Of a stretch of DNA of 40,895 nucleotides, positions 20,785 through 30,634 are shown piece by piece. The stretch's first letter is position 1, and each line of letters starts with the position of its first letter. This DNA is from a bacterium (GTDB lineage: Bacteria > UBA10199 > 2-02-FULL-44-16 > DYJF01), in assembly GCA_041739675.1 (NCBI GenBank), contig JBGSNL010000005.1:1-40895 (forward strand), given 5' to 3'. Under the pieces are notes generated by a model. It saw only the letters and a list, made by a program, of their open reading frames with translations, was not told the DNA's origin and made no database searches. A program made the position numbers and the translations under genes.

Positions 20785-22458
20785 ATGGACGCACTAGAGG
20801 TTGCATCTGAAATCTTTGCGGCAAGGCCGTGGATTATATGGGTTGTGGCGGCGCTCTACATCGTGCCGATTTTAAAACTCATTACTTATCCCATAAAGCT
20901 CGGGCACCCGTTCTTCATGTTTTTCAACAAGAGGCTGGGGCAGTTCGAACACGCCGTTTCATGGTTCCGCGATTCGGTTGTCGTGGCATATCTTTTCCTG
21001 GGCGGTCTGTGGCATCTGTCGTTTGGGATGGATCTGGGTGATAGAGAAAAGATATTCGCCGCCCTGACGGCGTTCGCCCTTGTGTGTCTTTCCGTGGCAA
21101 ACAATAAATGGAAAAAGACCTCGAGGCGAAGGCTTGTCGATTTTGTCCGCAGTTTTCCCCTGATCCATCCGAAGGAATTTTTCGATCACTTTCTTTGCAG
21201 CTCAGGCGGGATAAGACACGCATTGCCAAGACAGCCGCGCCGTTTAATCGATCCCAAACATCTGGATTTCAGAACCGGCAAGGGGCGCTCTCTCCCGCTG
21301 AGAAATGTCGTCGCGGGAATTTGGTCCACAATCTGGTGCGCAAAACTTTCGCTTCTCGCCTTGAAATGGAGAGGGTCTGATTTCCTGCGCGAGGTTGCCT
21401 CCTCGCTCTCTGTAATTTGGGGAACAAGGATGGCAGAGCTTTCGCGCGCCGAGGTGATTGTCGAAAATGCGGCAAAGCTGAACGAGATCCACGGCCTCAA
21501 TATCTATCTCTTCAACCACATGAGCTTTCTCGATTTTGCGATGGTGCCCGTTGTGATGGCGGCCCGCGCCAATAGCGGCGAGCGAAAGCCCAACAACCTG
21601 CCGCGCTTTTTGGTCGCCAAAGATCATTTTATGGACAACCCGGTTTTTCACACCGTCCTCGGAATTGGGCGCGTCGCCCAAGAGACCGGTATGATCTTCG
21701 TCGAAAGAAAAGAGAACGAGGCCGGTGCCAGGGCGGTGGTCGAGGAGTCTGCGATCAAGCTTGTGCAGGACGGTGTCGATTTTGCGATCTTCCCGCAGGG
21801 AACGCGCGCGGTCGGAAAAATTGCCGCGAACGGCGAGAGAATGGACGCAGGTTATTATACGGTAGGGCGCCCCCTGCGCATGAAGCGGGACGGCGACCAG
21901 TTAAAGAAGGGCGCTGCTCACATAGCGACATGCGCCGCATTGGTTCTGGCGGAGGAAAATATAGATGCCGACGTGAATCTTGTGCCGGTGGCCATCAAGG
22001 GAACGTCGATCATCGCACCCCGCGGGTCGATGCGCATGAAACCCAACGTCACGGTGAAGCTCCATGTGGGAGAACCCATCGTGATCAAGACGACGGAGGT
22101 TCAGGGGATAGGCGACAACGCAGGAAAACCTTATGCGGATTTTGTTCGAAGGCTCCACGAACGCATCGATCACGAGCTCAAGTCGGCCGTGGGAATTCAT
22201 GTGGAACTCGAACGCAGGTTTTTTGAGGATATGAGGATGGTGGCGGAACCGCTGGAGATCGAGGAAATGGCGATCGCCATGAAACCCTGGCGCGGCGACG
22301 ACTATCTCGTGCACGCGATATTAGACTGCATCTATGCCTGCAAGCCCAACGAGTGGTATCCGCTCCTGGGACGCCTCATGTATCTAATAAGGAACGATGC
22401 GAAACGCGACGAACTTCTGGCCTTCAAGGGGGAGGTTATAGACAAGATAGGGACTTGA
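20785..22458 (+). CDS. Lysophospholipid acyltransferase (PlsC-like) with N-terminal membrane extension
   Basis: NHMSFLD (HX4D), FLVAKD, IFVER, FPQGTR, LVPVAI.G. Confidence 0.85.
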   Translation: MDALEVASEIFAARPWIIWVVAALYIVPILKLITYPIKLGHPFFMFFNKRLGQFEHAVSWFRDSVVVAYLFLGGLWHLSFGMDLGDREKIFAALTAFALVCLSVANNKWKKTSRRRLVDFVRSFPLIHPKEFFDHFLCSSGGIRHALPRQPRRLIDPKHLDFRTGKGRSLPLRNVVAGIWSTIWCAKLSLLALKWRGSDFLREVASSLSVIWGTRMAELSRAEVIVENAAKLNEIHGLNIYLFNHMSFLDFAMVPVVMAARANSGERKPNNLPRFLVAKDHFMDNPVFHTVLGIGRVAQETGMIFVERKENEAGARAVVEESAIKLVQDGVDFAIFPQGTRAVGKIAANGERMDAGYYTVGRPLRMKRDGDQLKKGAAHIATCAALVLAEENIDADVNLVPVAIKGTSIIAPRGSMRMKPNVTVKLHVGEPIVIKTTEVQGIGDNAGKPYADFVRRLHERIDHELKSAVGIHVELERRFFEDMRMVAEPLEIEEMAIAMKPWRGDDYLVHAILDCIYACKPNEWYPLLGRLMYLIRNDAKRDELLAFKGEVIDKIGT

Positions 22459-22475
22459 TGGTCTTTGCACAGGGA

Positions 22476-22528
22476 GGGGACACTTCTCATTTTCACATGG
22501 AGCCCGCGTGAACAGGAGAAGTGTCCCC
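22476..22528. repeat. 13-bp inverted repeat between convergent genes (REP-like or terminator)
   Basis: GGGGACACTTCTC ... GAGAAGTGTCCCC with inner TTCAC/GTGAA pairing. Confidence 0.75.
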
Positions 22529-22529
22529 C

Positions 22530-23192
22530 TCACTTCGAGTCGGCTATCCGAAGTTTTTTTATTGTGTCTGCGTAATTCTTGGATTCAAATATCGCGGATC
22601 CCGCAACAATTATAGATCCTCCCGATCCGATTACCTTTGTTACGTTGTCCGTTTTTATTCCGCCGTCCACTTCGATGGGTACGCTCAATTTATTTTTGTC
22701 GATGTAATTTCTCAAATCGCTTATTTTTTTTGTGCATGATTCGATATACGACTGCCCGCCGAAACCCGGATTGACTGTCATAATAAGGATGAAGTCCGCG
22801 GATTCCGCCGCCGGATAGATTTTTTCAATCGGCGTGGGTGGATTTATGACAGCGCCGGCTTTGCAGCCTAATTTTTTGATCGCAGGCAGGAGTTTTGAAA
22901 GATCGCTCGTTTCAACATGGACCGAAATCCAGTCCGCCCCCGCCTTTGCAAACGCCTCGATGTATTTTTCGGGACTTTCAATCATAAGATGACAGTCGAG
23001 CGGGAGTTTGGTTGTTTTTCTGATCGAGGCCACGACCGGCGGGCCGATCGTGATGTTGGGAACGAAGTGTCCGTCCATGACGTCCACATGAATGACGTCG
23101 GCGCCGGCTTTTTCGACCGCTGCAATTTCTTCAGCGAGGCGAGAGAAATCGGCGGAGAGAATCGACGGGGCAATTTGTATCTTCGGTTTCAT
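22530..23192 (-). CDS. rpe: Ribulose-phosphate 3-epimerase
   Basis: IAPSILSADF, HVDVMDGHFVPNIT, MTVNPGFGGQ, EVDGG. Confidence 0.97.
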   Translation of the reverse strand: MKPKIQIAPSILSADFSRLAEEIAAVEKAGADVIHVDVMDGHFVPNITIGPPVVASIRKTTKLPLDCHLMIESPEKYIEAFAKAGADWISVHVETSDLSKLLPAIKKLGCKAGAVINPPTPIEKIYPAAESADFILIMTVNPGFGGQSYIESCTKKISDLRNYIDKNKLSVPIEVDGGIKTDNVTKVIGSGGSIIVAGSAIFESKNYADTIKKLRIADSK

Positions 23193-24115
23193 CCGAGTCT
23201 TGTTCCTTCTTTTATCTGATGCCCCCTCAAAAACGCGTCGGCGGACATCCTCTTTTTCCCCTCAAGCTGGCAATCGGTTACATAAAGCGTTCCGCCGCCT
23301 GTTGCAACGGCAAGTTTCTCGTCCGCGGAAATCACTGTCCCGGGCGCTTCTGATGGTTTTTCCTCGGACAACTTGGCGCCGAAAATGCGCAGCGTCTTTC
23401 CGTCGACGTGGGTATATGCAACCGGCCACGGCTGCATCGCGCGTATGAGATTCGAAATCTCTATGGCCGATTTTTTCCAGTTGATGAGCCCGTCCTCTTT
23501 TTTCAGTATGGGGGCGAGCGTCGCTTCGGTTTCATTTTGCATCTTTCGTTTGATCTGTTTTTTTTCAAGACCCGCAATCGTTTCGATCAGGAGTTTTGCG
23601 CCGATTGTTGCCAGGCGATCGTGAAGCACAGGTGCGGTTTCGTCGGAACCTATTTCCGTCTCTTCCTGAAGAAGCATGTCGCCCGCGTCCATTTTCTCGC
23701 CTATCATCATCGTAGTGACGCCCGTCGTTTTCTCGCCGTTGGCTATCGCCCAGTTGATGGGCGCCGCCCCGCGGTATTTCGGCAAAAGCGAGGCGTGCAC
23801 GTTGATCGCTCCCATGGGGGGCAGTTCAAGGATGGCGTTCGGCAACATCTTTCCGTATGAGACGACGACGATCAGATCAGGCTTGATCTGGGAAAGTTTT
23901 TCCAGCGCTGCCCCGTCTTTGAGCGTCTTCGGCTGATACAGAGCAAGATTTTTTGAGGTGGCAAACGTTGCGACGGGGCACGCTGAAACTTTGAGCCCCC
24001 GGCCCGCCGGCTTGTCGGGCTGAGTCATGACTAGCCGGGTATCGTATCCCGCCTGCAAGAGGGCCTCAAGCGAGGGAACCGCAAAAGAAGAGCTCCCCAT
24101 GAACACGATTTTCAT
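23189..24115 (-). CDS. fmt: Methionyl-tRNA formyltransferase
   Basis: IVFMG, TQPDKPAGRG, NVHASLLPKYRGAAPI, MDAGD. Confidence 0.97.
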   Translation of the reverse strand: MKIVFMGSSSFAVPSLEALLQAGYDTRLVMTQPDKPAGRGLKVSACPVATFATSKNLALYQPKTLKDGAALEKLSQIKPDLIVVVSYGKMLPNAILELPPMGAINVHASLLPKYRGAAPINWAIANGEKTTGVTTMMIGEKMDAGDMLLQEETEIGSDETAPVLHDRLATIGAKLLIETIAGLEKKQIKRKMQNETEATLAPILKKEDGLINWKKSAIEISNLIRAMQPWPVAYTHVDGKTLRIFGAKLSEEKPSEAPGTVISADEKLAVATGGGTLYVTDCQLEGKKRMSADAFLRGHQIKEGTRLG

Positions 24116-24670
24116 TTATTCTCTTTCTTCCTGAATCTTTTTGAACTTTTTTAAATAAAGGTCGCGCTTTAAGCGGCTGACATTGTCGATTAAAAGTTTT
24201 CCGTCGAGATGATCTATCTCATGCTGGATTGCGACGGCGAGCAGCCCTTCCGCGTTCAATGTTTTTTCCACGCCTTCTTTATCCAGAAACTTGACCGTCA
24301 CCTTGTTCGCCCTCTTCATCTTGAGCCTGAAATCGGGGATCGAGAGGCAGCCCTCTTCCCACTCGATCTCACCTTCACGGCTGGTGATGACGGGATTTAT
24401 CATCGCGTATTTCTGGCGCCCGTGTTCTTTCGGTCCGATGGGCCCCTGAGTTGTCTCTTCTTCGACGGCGCTGTGCACATTCACATCCACAACTATGATG
24501 CGGAGGGAGGCGTCCACTTGAGGGGCGGCCAGGCCGACGCCGTCCGCGGCATACATAGTGTCGAACATGTCACCCACCAACTTCTTGATATCCTTGGTTA
24601 TTTCACCGACAGGAGGGGCGACCTTTTTGAGGACATCAGACGGATAATGTACGATCTCAAGGATTGCCAT
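24116..24670 (-). CDS. def: Peptide deformylase
   Basis: GVGLAAPQ, EGCLS, QHEIDHLDG. Confidence 0.97.
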   Translation of the reverse strand: MAILEIVHYPSDVLKKVAPPVGEITKDIKKLVGDMFDTMYAADGVGLAAPQVDASLRIIVVDVNVHSAVEEETTQGPIGPKEHGRQKYAMINPVITSREGEIEWEEGCLSIPDFRLKMKRANKVTVKFLDKEGVEKTLNAEGLLAVAIQHEIDHLDGKLLIDNVSRLKRDLYLKKFKKIQEERE

Positions 24671-24703
24671 ATCGTCTATGGCCTAACACGGTGAGCAAAA
24701 AAT

Positions 24704-26728
24704 TTAAAGCATATTTATGGGATCTACATCGACCACGATGCGGCAACCCCTTGGGATCGCCTGGATGATCGGGCAATGGGCGGCGGTGAGAATGGAGGCG
24801 AGTTTTCCAGCATTGGCCGCCTTGATCAGAAGCTGATAGCGGAATTTTCCGCGCACTTTTTTGAGAGGAGCAGGCGCTGGCCCCAGAAGATCGATCTCCT
24901 TTTCCAGTTTGCATGTCTTTCTCTTCTCTTTCAAAATTTTCAGTGCCGTCTCGGCCGCCTTTTCGGTTTCTTCCATATTATTTCCCGAAAACTTGAAATT
25001 CGCGACGCGCGCGAACGGCGGATAACGGAGCGCCTTTCTGTGCTCATGCTCCTTTTCGAAGAACGCATTGTAATCGTGATCTCTTGCGTGGATGAGGGCG
25101 GAATGTTCCGGTTGATAGGTTTGTATGATCACGTGTCCGGGTTTATCCGCTCTTCCGGCCCGCCCTGAAACCTGGGTCAGAATCTGGAACGTGCGCTCGA
25201 AGGAACGGAAATCCGGAAGATGGAGCGCTACGTCCGCATCGACGACACCGACAAGCGTGACATTTGGAAAATCGTGCCCCTTTGCGATGAGCTGTGTTCC
25301 GATTAGAATGTCGATCTCGCCCTTTTGCATCTTTGAAAGAAACGTCTTTCTCGATTGGACCTTGGATGTTGTGTCGCTGTCGAGCCTTGCGATCCTTGCG
25401 TCGGGAAAAAGAGCCGTGAGTTCTTCCTCGAGCTTTTGCGTCCCTCTGCCCATGGGAATTATGCCGCAGCCCTGGCAGGTGGGACACGTGTCAGGGGCCG
25501 GAACCTGATAATCACAATAGTGACACAAAAGTCTGGGAGGCGACATGTGGTGAGTGAGGGATATGTCGCAGTTGGGACAGGAAAAGACGTGGCCGCAGGC
25601 CTGGCAGATGAGAAAATTCGCAAAGCCGCGTCTGTTCAAAAAAAGGAGGGTCTGTTCTTTTCTGGCGAGCGTCTCTTCAATTGCCTTTATCGTTGCGGCG
25701 GCTAGCGAGCCCTTCTTTTGAGGCGTGTGACACCGCATATCTACGATTTCAATAGATGGGAGCTTCGCACCCGTCGCGCGTTCGGAAAGATTGCAGTAGA
25801 GATATTTTTCAGCTCTTGCGTTCGCAAAGGACTCGACCGACGGGGTCGCAGAGCCCAAAACGATCACCGTGCCTTCAAGCTTCGCGCGCATGACCGCACA
25901 GTCGCGCGCGTTATAAAGAAGGCCTTCATCTTGCTTGTATGAGCTGTCGTGTTCCTCATCCACGACGATGATCTTGAGATTTTGAAACGGGGCAAAAAGG
26001 GCTGAACGGGTTCCGACGGCCGCGAAGACCTCGCCTTTTCTCATCTTCTCCCACTGACTCTGCCTTTGAGCTTCGGTTAACCCGGAATGGTACACGGCAA
26101 TCTTGTCCCCGAAACGGTCGCGGAATCTTTTCACAATCTGGGGAGTCAAAGAAATTTCAGGGATGAGCGCCAAACCCTGTCCGCCCGTTTTGCCTATCTC
26201 TTCAAACGCACGCAGATAGACTTCGGTCTTGCCGCTCCCCGTGATGCCGTGAAGGAGGATTGGTTTTGGACTTGGCGATCTCAACTGGCCCATGATCGCA
26301 TCAAACGCGCGCTTCTGGTCGCCCGTGAGCTTGAATTCAGGATGTGCAACCATCTCGCTAGTGGCTTCGTGCGGCGCCATAGGTCTTGTGAGTTTCGGCC
26401 CCTTGACCTGTGAAAACCTCGGCGGCAGGGCCGACCGGCAGACCTCTCCGATGGGTGAACAGTAGTAGCCCGACATCCAGCTTATGAGTTTCAATGCGGC
26501 TTGTGAAAAAACCGGCTCGTCATCTAAAATATCCGCAATTTCCTTTATCTTTTCAGGGTCGAGGCCGGAAGCGGGTTTGTGTTCGAGCGAGATCACATAT
26601 CCTGCGACGAGCCGATTGTGAAAAGGAACAGAGACGCGCTGGCCCGGAACTATTTTTCTGCCCGCGGGAACAGCGTAAGTGAGGGTCCTTGGCATCGACT
26701 TGGGGATTGCAATCTGTGCGTAGAGCAT
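24704..26728 (-). CDS. priA: Primosomal protein N' helicase
   Basis: GITGSGKTEVY, DEEH, SATPS, four CxxC pairs, KGHDFP, QVSGRAGR, DVDP. Confidence 0.96.
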   Translation of the reverse strand: MLYAQIAIPKSMPRTLTYAVPAGRKIVPGQRVSVPFHNRLVAGYVISLEHKPASGLDPEKIKEIADILDDEPVFSQAALKLISWMSGYYCSPIGEVCRSALPPRFSQVKGPKLTRPMAPHEATSEMVAHPEFKLTGDQKRAFDAIMGQLRSPSPKPILLHGITGSGKTEVYLRAFEEIGKTGGQGLALIPEISLTPQIVKRFRDRFGDKIAVYHSGLTEAQRQSQWEKMRKGEVFAAVGTRSALFAPFQNLKIIVVDEEHDSSYKQDEGLLYNARDCAVMRAKLEGTVIVLGSATPSVESFANARAEKYLYCNLSERATGAKLPSIEIVDMRCHTPQKKGSLAAATIKAIEETLARKEQTLLFLNRRGFANFLICQACGHVFSCPNCDISLTHHMSPPRLLCHYCDYQVPAPDTCPTCQGCGIIPMGRGTQKLEEELTALFPDARIARLDSDTTSKVQSRKTFLSKMQKGEIDILIGTQLIAKGHDFPNVTLVGVVDADVALHLPDFRSFERTFQILTQVSGRAGRADKPGHVIIQTYQPEHSALIHARDHDYNAFFEKEHEHRKALRYPPFARVANFKFSGNNMEETEKAAETALKILKEKRKTCKLEKEIDLLGPAPAPLKKVRGKFRYQLLIKAANAGKLASILTAAHCPIIQAIPRGCRIVVDVDPINML

Positions 26729-26828
26729 GGGACCGCTCTATCCCATATTGAATCCACCTGCAAGCACGTTACTTATTCTTGCGCATGCCGCCCACTTGAT
26801 GTATGAAATCCGTGAAAAGGGAGGAGTT

Positions 26829-27491
26829 ATGGGTAAGCGCATTGGCGTTTTGCTTTCCGGTTGCGGACATCGCGACGGTTCTGAAATACATGAGGCGACA
26901 TTCACGCTTTTGGCGATAGAGCAGTGCGGCCACGAGGCGGTCTGCATCGCGCCCGACGGGCCTCAGCGCGTCGTGATGAACCATCTCACAGCGGAAGTCA
27001 GAAGCGAACAGAGAGACGTGAGGATCGAATCTGCTAGGATCGCGCGCGGCAAAGTGCGCGACGCTGCAAGGACAACTGCAAATGATTTCGATGCTCTCAT
27101 CATCCCGGGCGGGCAGGGTGCGGCGCTCAATCTCTCAAGTTTTCTGGCGGACGGCGTCAATTGCGAGGTCGAAAAAGACGTGAAACGCCTGATTTTGGAA
27201 ACCGTGCACGCAAAAAAGCCGTTGGGTGCAATTTGCATCGCGCCGGCAACGGTTGCAAAGGCCCTTGAAGGTTCAGGTGTCACGGCGACGCTCACGGCCG
27301 GAAACGACAGCAAGGTGGCGGGCCAGATTCAGCAGATGGGCGCCAAAAACGAACCGTGCGTGCCGACTGAGTGCATAATAGACCGAGAGAACAGAATCGT
27401 GTCGACCCCCGCATACATGAACGCAAAAAATATCGCCGAGGTCTGGACCGGCATCGACAAACTCGTTCATGCAATCGCCGAAATGTGCTGA
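26829..27491 (+). CDS. elbB: ElbB / ES1-type glyoxalase (DJ-1/PfpI family)
   Basis: LSGCG..DGSEIHE, ESARIARG, ICIAP, STPAYM; GGAGGAG SD before ATG 26829. Confidence 0.92.
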   Translation: MGKRIGVLLSGCGHRDGSEIHEATFTLLAIEQCGHEAVCIAPDGPQRVVMNHLTAEVRSEQRDVRIESARIARGKVRDAARTTANDFDALIIPGGQGAALNLSSFLADGVNCEVEKDVKRLILETVHAKKPLGAICIAPATVAKALEGSGVTATLTAGNDSKVAGQIQQMGAKNEPCVPTECIIDRENRIVSTPAYMNAKNIAEVWTGIDKLVHAIAEMC

Positions 27492-27500
27492 TCTTTATTT

Positions 27501-27926
27501 ATGATGAAGCTCCGGATTGTCGCCGTAGGGAAAATCAAGTCAAAGCCCATCCGTGAGCTTGCCGGTGAGTACGGCTCGCGCCTCATCCATTATTATCCCA
27601 TCGAGAGAATCGACGCAAAAGACGAGAAGGCGGCGCTCAAGATGATCGCGAAAGACGATCACCTTGTGGTCTGCGACGAAACCGGCCAGCAGAAGACCTC
27701 CGTCGAGCTGGCGAACATGCTTTCCATGTTCGAACGCCGCCGTGTCAACAGGCTCGTGTTTTTGATCGGAGGGCCCGAGGGTGTGAGTTCAGAGATAAAA
27801 AAGAGGGCCGACTATCTTTTGTCCCTTTCCAAAATGACCTTCCCCCACGAGATGGCGCAGGCGATCCTTCTGGAGCAGATCTACCGCGCGGCAACTATCC
27901 TCAAAGGCGAGGCGTATCACAAGTGA
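27501..27926 (+). CDS. rlmH: 23S rRNA pseudouridine-1915 N3-methyltransferase
   Basis: VAVGK, FLIGGPEG, SLSKMTFPH, EQIYRA...G..YHK. Confidence 0.95.
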   Translation: MMKLRIVAVGKIKSKPIRELAGEYGSRLIHYYPIERIDAKDEKAALKMIAKDDHLVVCDETGQQKTSVELANMLSMFERRRVNRLVFLIGGPEGVSSEIKKRADYLLSLSKMTFPHEMAQAILLEQIYRAATILKGEAYHK

Positions 27927-29638
27927 AGATGGACAAACACCAAGTCGCCGAAGTCCTCTCCGAAATGGCCGCGATCTTCGAGATCAAGGGCGAGAATCCG
28001 TTCAAGATCCGCGCGTACGAAAATGCCGTCCGCATCGTCGACGGCCTCTCGGACGAACTTGAGGAGCTGATCAAAACCGGCGAGTTGACGAAAATCAAAG
28101 GGATCGGTTCCCATCTTGCCGATCATATAAAAGAGCTCGCAGAAACCGGAAAACTCAAAGAATATGAAAATTTAAGAAAATCCGTGCCTGAAGGAATCTT
28201 TGATGTGCTGAGGATCGCCGGGCTCGGTCCCAAAAAGGTGAAGGCCCTCTGGGAAAAGTTGGGAATCAAAAGCATCGGCGAGCTTGAATATGCCTGCAAA
28301 GAGAACCGTCTGGTCGAGCTTGCCGGATTCGGCGACAAGATGCAGGCAAAGATCCTCAAGGGGATCGACTATCTCAAAAAATTTCAGGACACACATCTCA
28401 TAAGCAGCGCGCTGGCCGCCGCGGAGGGGATCTTCAGCCAGATAAAAAAACACAAGGGCGTCACCCGCGCCGAGATAGGCGGCTCCATCAGAAGGCGAAA
28501 GGAGCTGATTCACGACATCGATATACTGGTGTCGTCCGGCAAACCGGCTCCAGTAATGGATTTTTTTGTAAAACTCCCCGAGGTCGATTCCGTGACCGCA
28601 AAAGGGGAGACGAAAAGCTCGGTCGTTTTGAAATCCGGAATCGCAGCAGACTTGCGTGTCGTCTCCGACAAGGAGTTTCCGTTCGCGCTCCACTATTTCA
28701 CGGGCAGCAAAGAGCACAACGTGGCAATGCGTTCACTTGCGAAAAAAGACGGCATCAAACTTAACGAATACGGCCTTTTCAAGGGGACAAAACTTCTTTC
28801 ATGCAAGAATGAAGCGGAGATTTTTGAAAAGCTGGGATTGAAATACGTCCCTCCCGAAATTCGTGAGGATCAGGGGGAGATCGAGGCTGCGCTCAAAGGA
28901 AAACTCCCAACGCTCATTGAGGCAGGCGACATCAAAGGTATCTTTCACGTCCACAGCAACTGGAGCGACGGAACGGCAACAATCGAGGAGATGGCCCTTG
29001 CCGCGAAAAAGCTGGGCTACTCATACATTGCGATATCCGACCACAGCCAATCCGCCGCCTATGCGGGCGGTCTTAAACCAAACGACGTCAAAAAGCAGAT
29101 CCAGGAGATAGACAAACTGAACGGCAAGCTCAAGGGAATCACCATTCTCAAGGGGACGGAGTCGGATATCCTCCCCGACGGCAGCCTCGACTTTCCCGAT
29201 TCCATTATGGAGCTCTTCGATTTCGTCATCGTCTCGATCCATTCGAAGTTCAACATGAGCGAGACTGAGATGACGAAAAGGATAATAAAGGGGATGAAAA
29301 ATAAATATGCATCGATCCTGGGCCATCCCACCGGAAGGCTGCTGCTTTCCCGAGACGGTTACGCAGTGGATATGCACGAGGTGATAAATGCCGCCGCCGA
29401 TTTGGGAGTTGCGATAGAAATCAACGCCCATCCCATGAGGCTGGATCTGGACTGGCGCCATGGGAAATACGCGAAATCGAAGGGAGTGAAAATTGCCATC
29501 GGGCCGGACGCACACGGGCCGGAAGGTCTTCTTGACATGGACTACGGAATCGGAATAGCCCGTAAAGGATGGCTTGAGAAAAAAGATGTCTTAAATTGTC
29601 TCCCGGCCGAAGATGTCATGAGGTATTTCAAAAAATGA
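27923..29638 (+). CDS. polX: DNA polymerase X / PHP 3'-5' exonuclease
   Basis: ENPFKIRAY, GSIRR...DIDIL, FTGSKEHN, HVHS.WSDG, SDHS, GHPTGR, RLDLD, DAH. Confidence 0.95.
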   Translation: MKMDKHQVAEVLSEMAAIFEIKGENPFKIRAYENAVRIVDGLSDELEELIKTGELTKIKGIGSHLADHIKELAETGKLKEYENLRKSVPEGIFDVLRIAGLGPKKVKALWEKLGIKSIGELEYACKENRLVELAGFGDKMQAKILKGIDYLKKFQDTHLISSALAAAEGIFSQIKKHKGVTRAEIGGSIRRRKELIHDIDILVSSGKPAPVMDFFVKLPEVDSVTAKGETKSSVVLKSGIAADLRVVSDKEFPFALHYFTGSKEHNVAMRSLAKKDGIKLNEYGLFKGTKLLSCKNEAEIFEKLGLKYVPPEIREDQGEIEAALKGKLPTLIEAGDIKGIFHVHSNWSDGTATIEEMALAAKKLGYSYIAISDHSQSAAYAGGLKPNDVKKQIQEIDKLNGKLKGITILKGTESDILPDGSLDFPDSIMELFDFVIVSIHSKFNMSETEMTKRIIKGMKNKYASILGHPTGRLLLSRDGYAVDMHEVINAAADLGVAIEINAHPMRLDLDWRHGKYAKSKGVKIAIGPDAHGPEGLLDMDYGIGIARKGWLEKKDVLNCLPAEDVMRYFKK

Positions 29639-30270
29639 AAATAGATGAACGGGCGAAAAAAATTCTGGGGGTACTTAAAAAGACGTATCCGGTTGCAAAG
29701 ACCGCACTGTCTCACGGCAACGCCTTCCAGCTTTTAATAGCCACAATTCTTTCCGCTCAGTGCACTGACGCGCAGGTCAATAAGGTCACGCCGGCGCTCT
29801 TCAAGAAGTTCAAGAAGGCGGCCGATTTTGCAAAAGCCAACCGCGGAACCCTTGAATCGATGGTCCGCTCCACGGGGTTTTATAAAAACAAGGCGGCCTC
29901 GGTTCAGAAGTGCAGCATGAAACTTGTTTCCGATTTCGGCGGCGCCGTTCCGAAAACAATCGAGGAGCTCACGTCATTACCGGGTGTCGGCAGAAAAACC
30001 GCAAACGTTGTTCTTGGAGTGAGCTTCGGTATCCCGGGAATTGTCGTCGATACGCACGTGCTGCGCGTCAGTCAAAGGCTTGAGCTCACAAAAAACACCG
30101 ATCCCGTGAAAATCGAGTTCGACCTGCAGAAACTTTTTCCCAAAAAAGATTGGACGAGACTGAGCTTCCTCATACAAGCGCACGGCCGCAGCCTGTGCAC
30201 GGCAAAGAAACCCGATTGCCCCCATTGCCCGTTACTGAAGCTCTGCCCGTACGGTCTTAAAACGGCTTGA
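29635..30270 (+). CDS. nth: Endonuclease III
   Basis: ILSAQCTD, LPGVGRKTANV, VDTHV, C-x6-C-x2-C-x5-C; ATGA overlap with polX. Confidence 0.96.
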   Translation: MKIDERAKKILGVLKKTYPVAKTALSHGNAFQLLIATILSAQCTDAQVNKVTPALFKKFKKAADFAKANRGTLESMVRSTGFYKNKAASVQKCSMKLVSDFGGAVPKTIEELTSLPGVGRKTANVVLGVSFGIPGIVVDTHVLRVSQRLELTKNTDPVKIEFDLQKLFPKKDWTRLSFLIQAHGRSLCTAKKPDCPHCPLLKLCPYGLKTA

Positions 30271-30332
30271 CATAAAATGTGCGTGTCGTTATGGAGCGCG
30301 CGGTAAGCTGGTTTCTAATGAAAGGAGAACCT

Positions 30333-30566
30333 ATGGCGAATCGTGACGATAAAGTGCCGGAAAATGCTGAGGGTCGTTATTTTGTCGATACACAGTGCAT
30401 AGATTGCAATCTGTGTATAGATACGGCTCCGACCAATTTTGCCCATAATGAAGAGGCGGGCTATGCGTTTGTTTCAAAACAACCCTCGGGCGACGATGAA
30501 GAGGCGCAGTGCAAGGAATCAAAAGAATCCTGCCCTGTCGAGGCAATAGGGGATGACGGGGAATAA
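30333..30566 (+). CDS. Single-cluster 4Fe-4S ferredoxin
   Basis: CIDCNLC...CPVEAI; AAAGGAG SD before ATG 30333. Confidence 0.92.
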   Translation: MANRDDKVPENAEGRYFVDTQCIDCNLCIDTAPTNFAHNEEAGYAFVSKQPSGDDEEAQCKESKESCPVEAIGDDGE

Positions 30567-30589
30567 TTTTAGCCGGTGATTATCGAACT

Positions 30590-30620
30590 AAAAGCCCCGC
30601 ACTTGACTGCGGGGTTTTTT
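30590..30620 (+). terminator. Rho-independent terminator
   Basis: GCCCCGCA-CTTGAC-TGCGGGGT followed by a T run. Confidence 0.85.
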
Positions 30621-30634
30621 GTTTGGCGGATATC

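Noticed and set aside
26727..26828. N-terminal extension of ElbB
   Set aside because: Strong SD precedes ATG 26829 and family similarity starts there
30267..30295. Promoter for the ferredoxin (TTGACA-17-TATGGA)
   Set aside because: The -10 match is too poor to call from sequence alone
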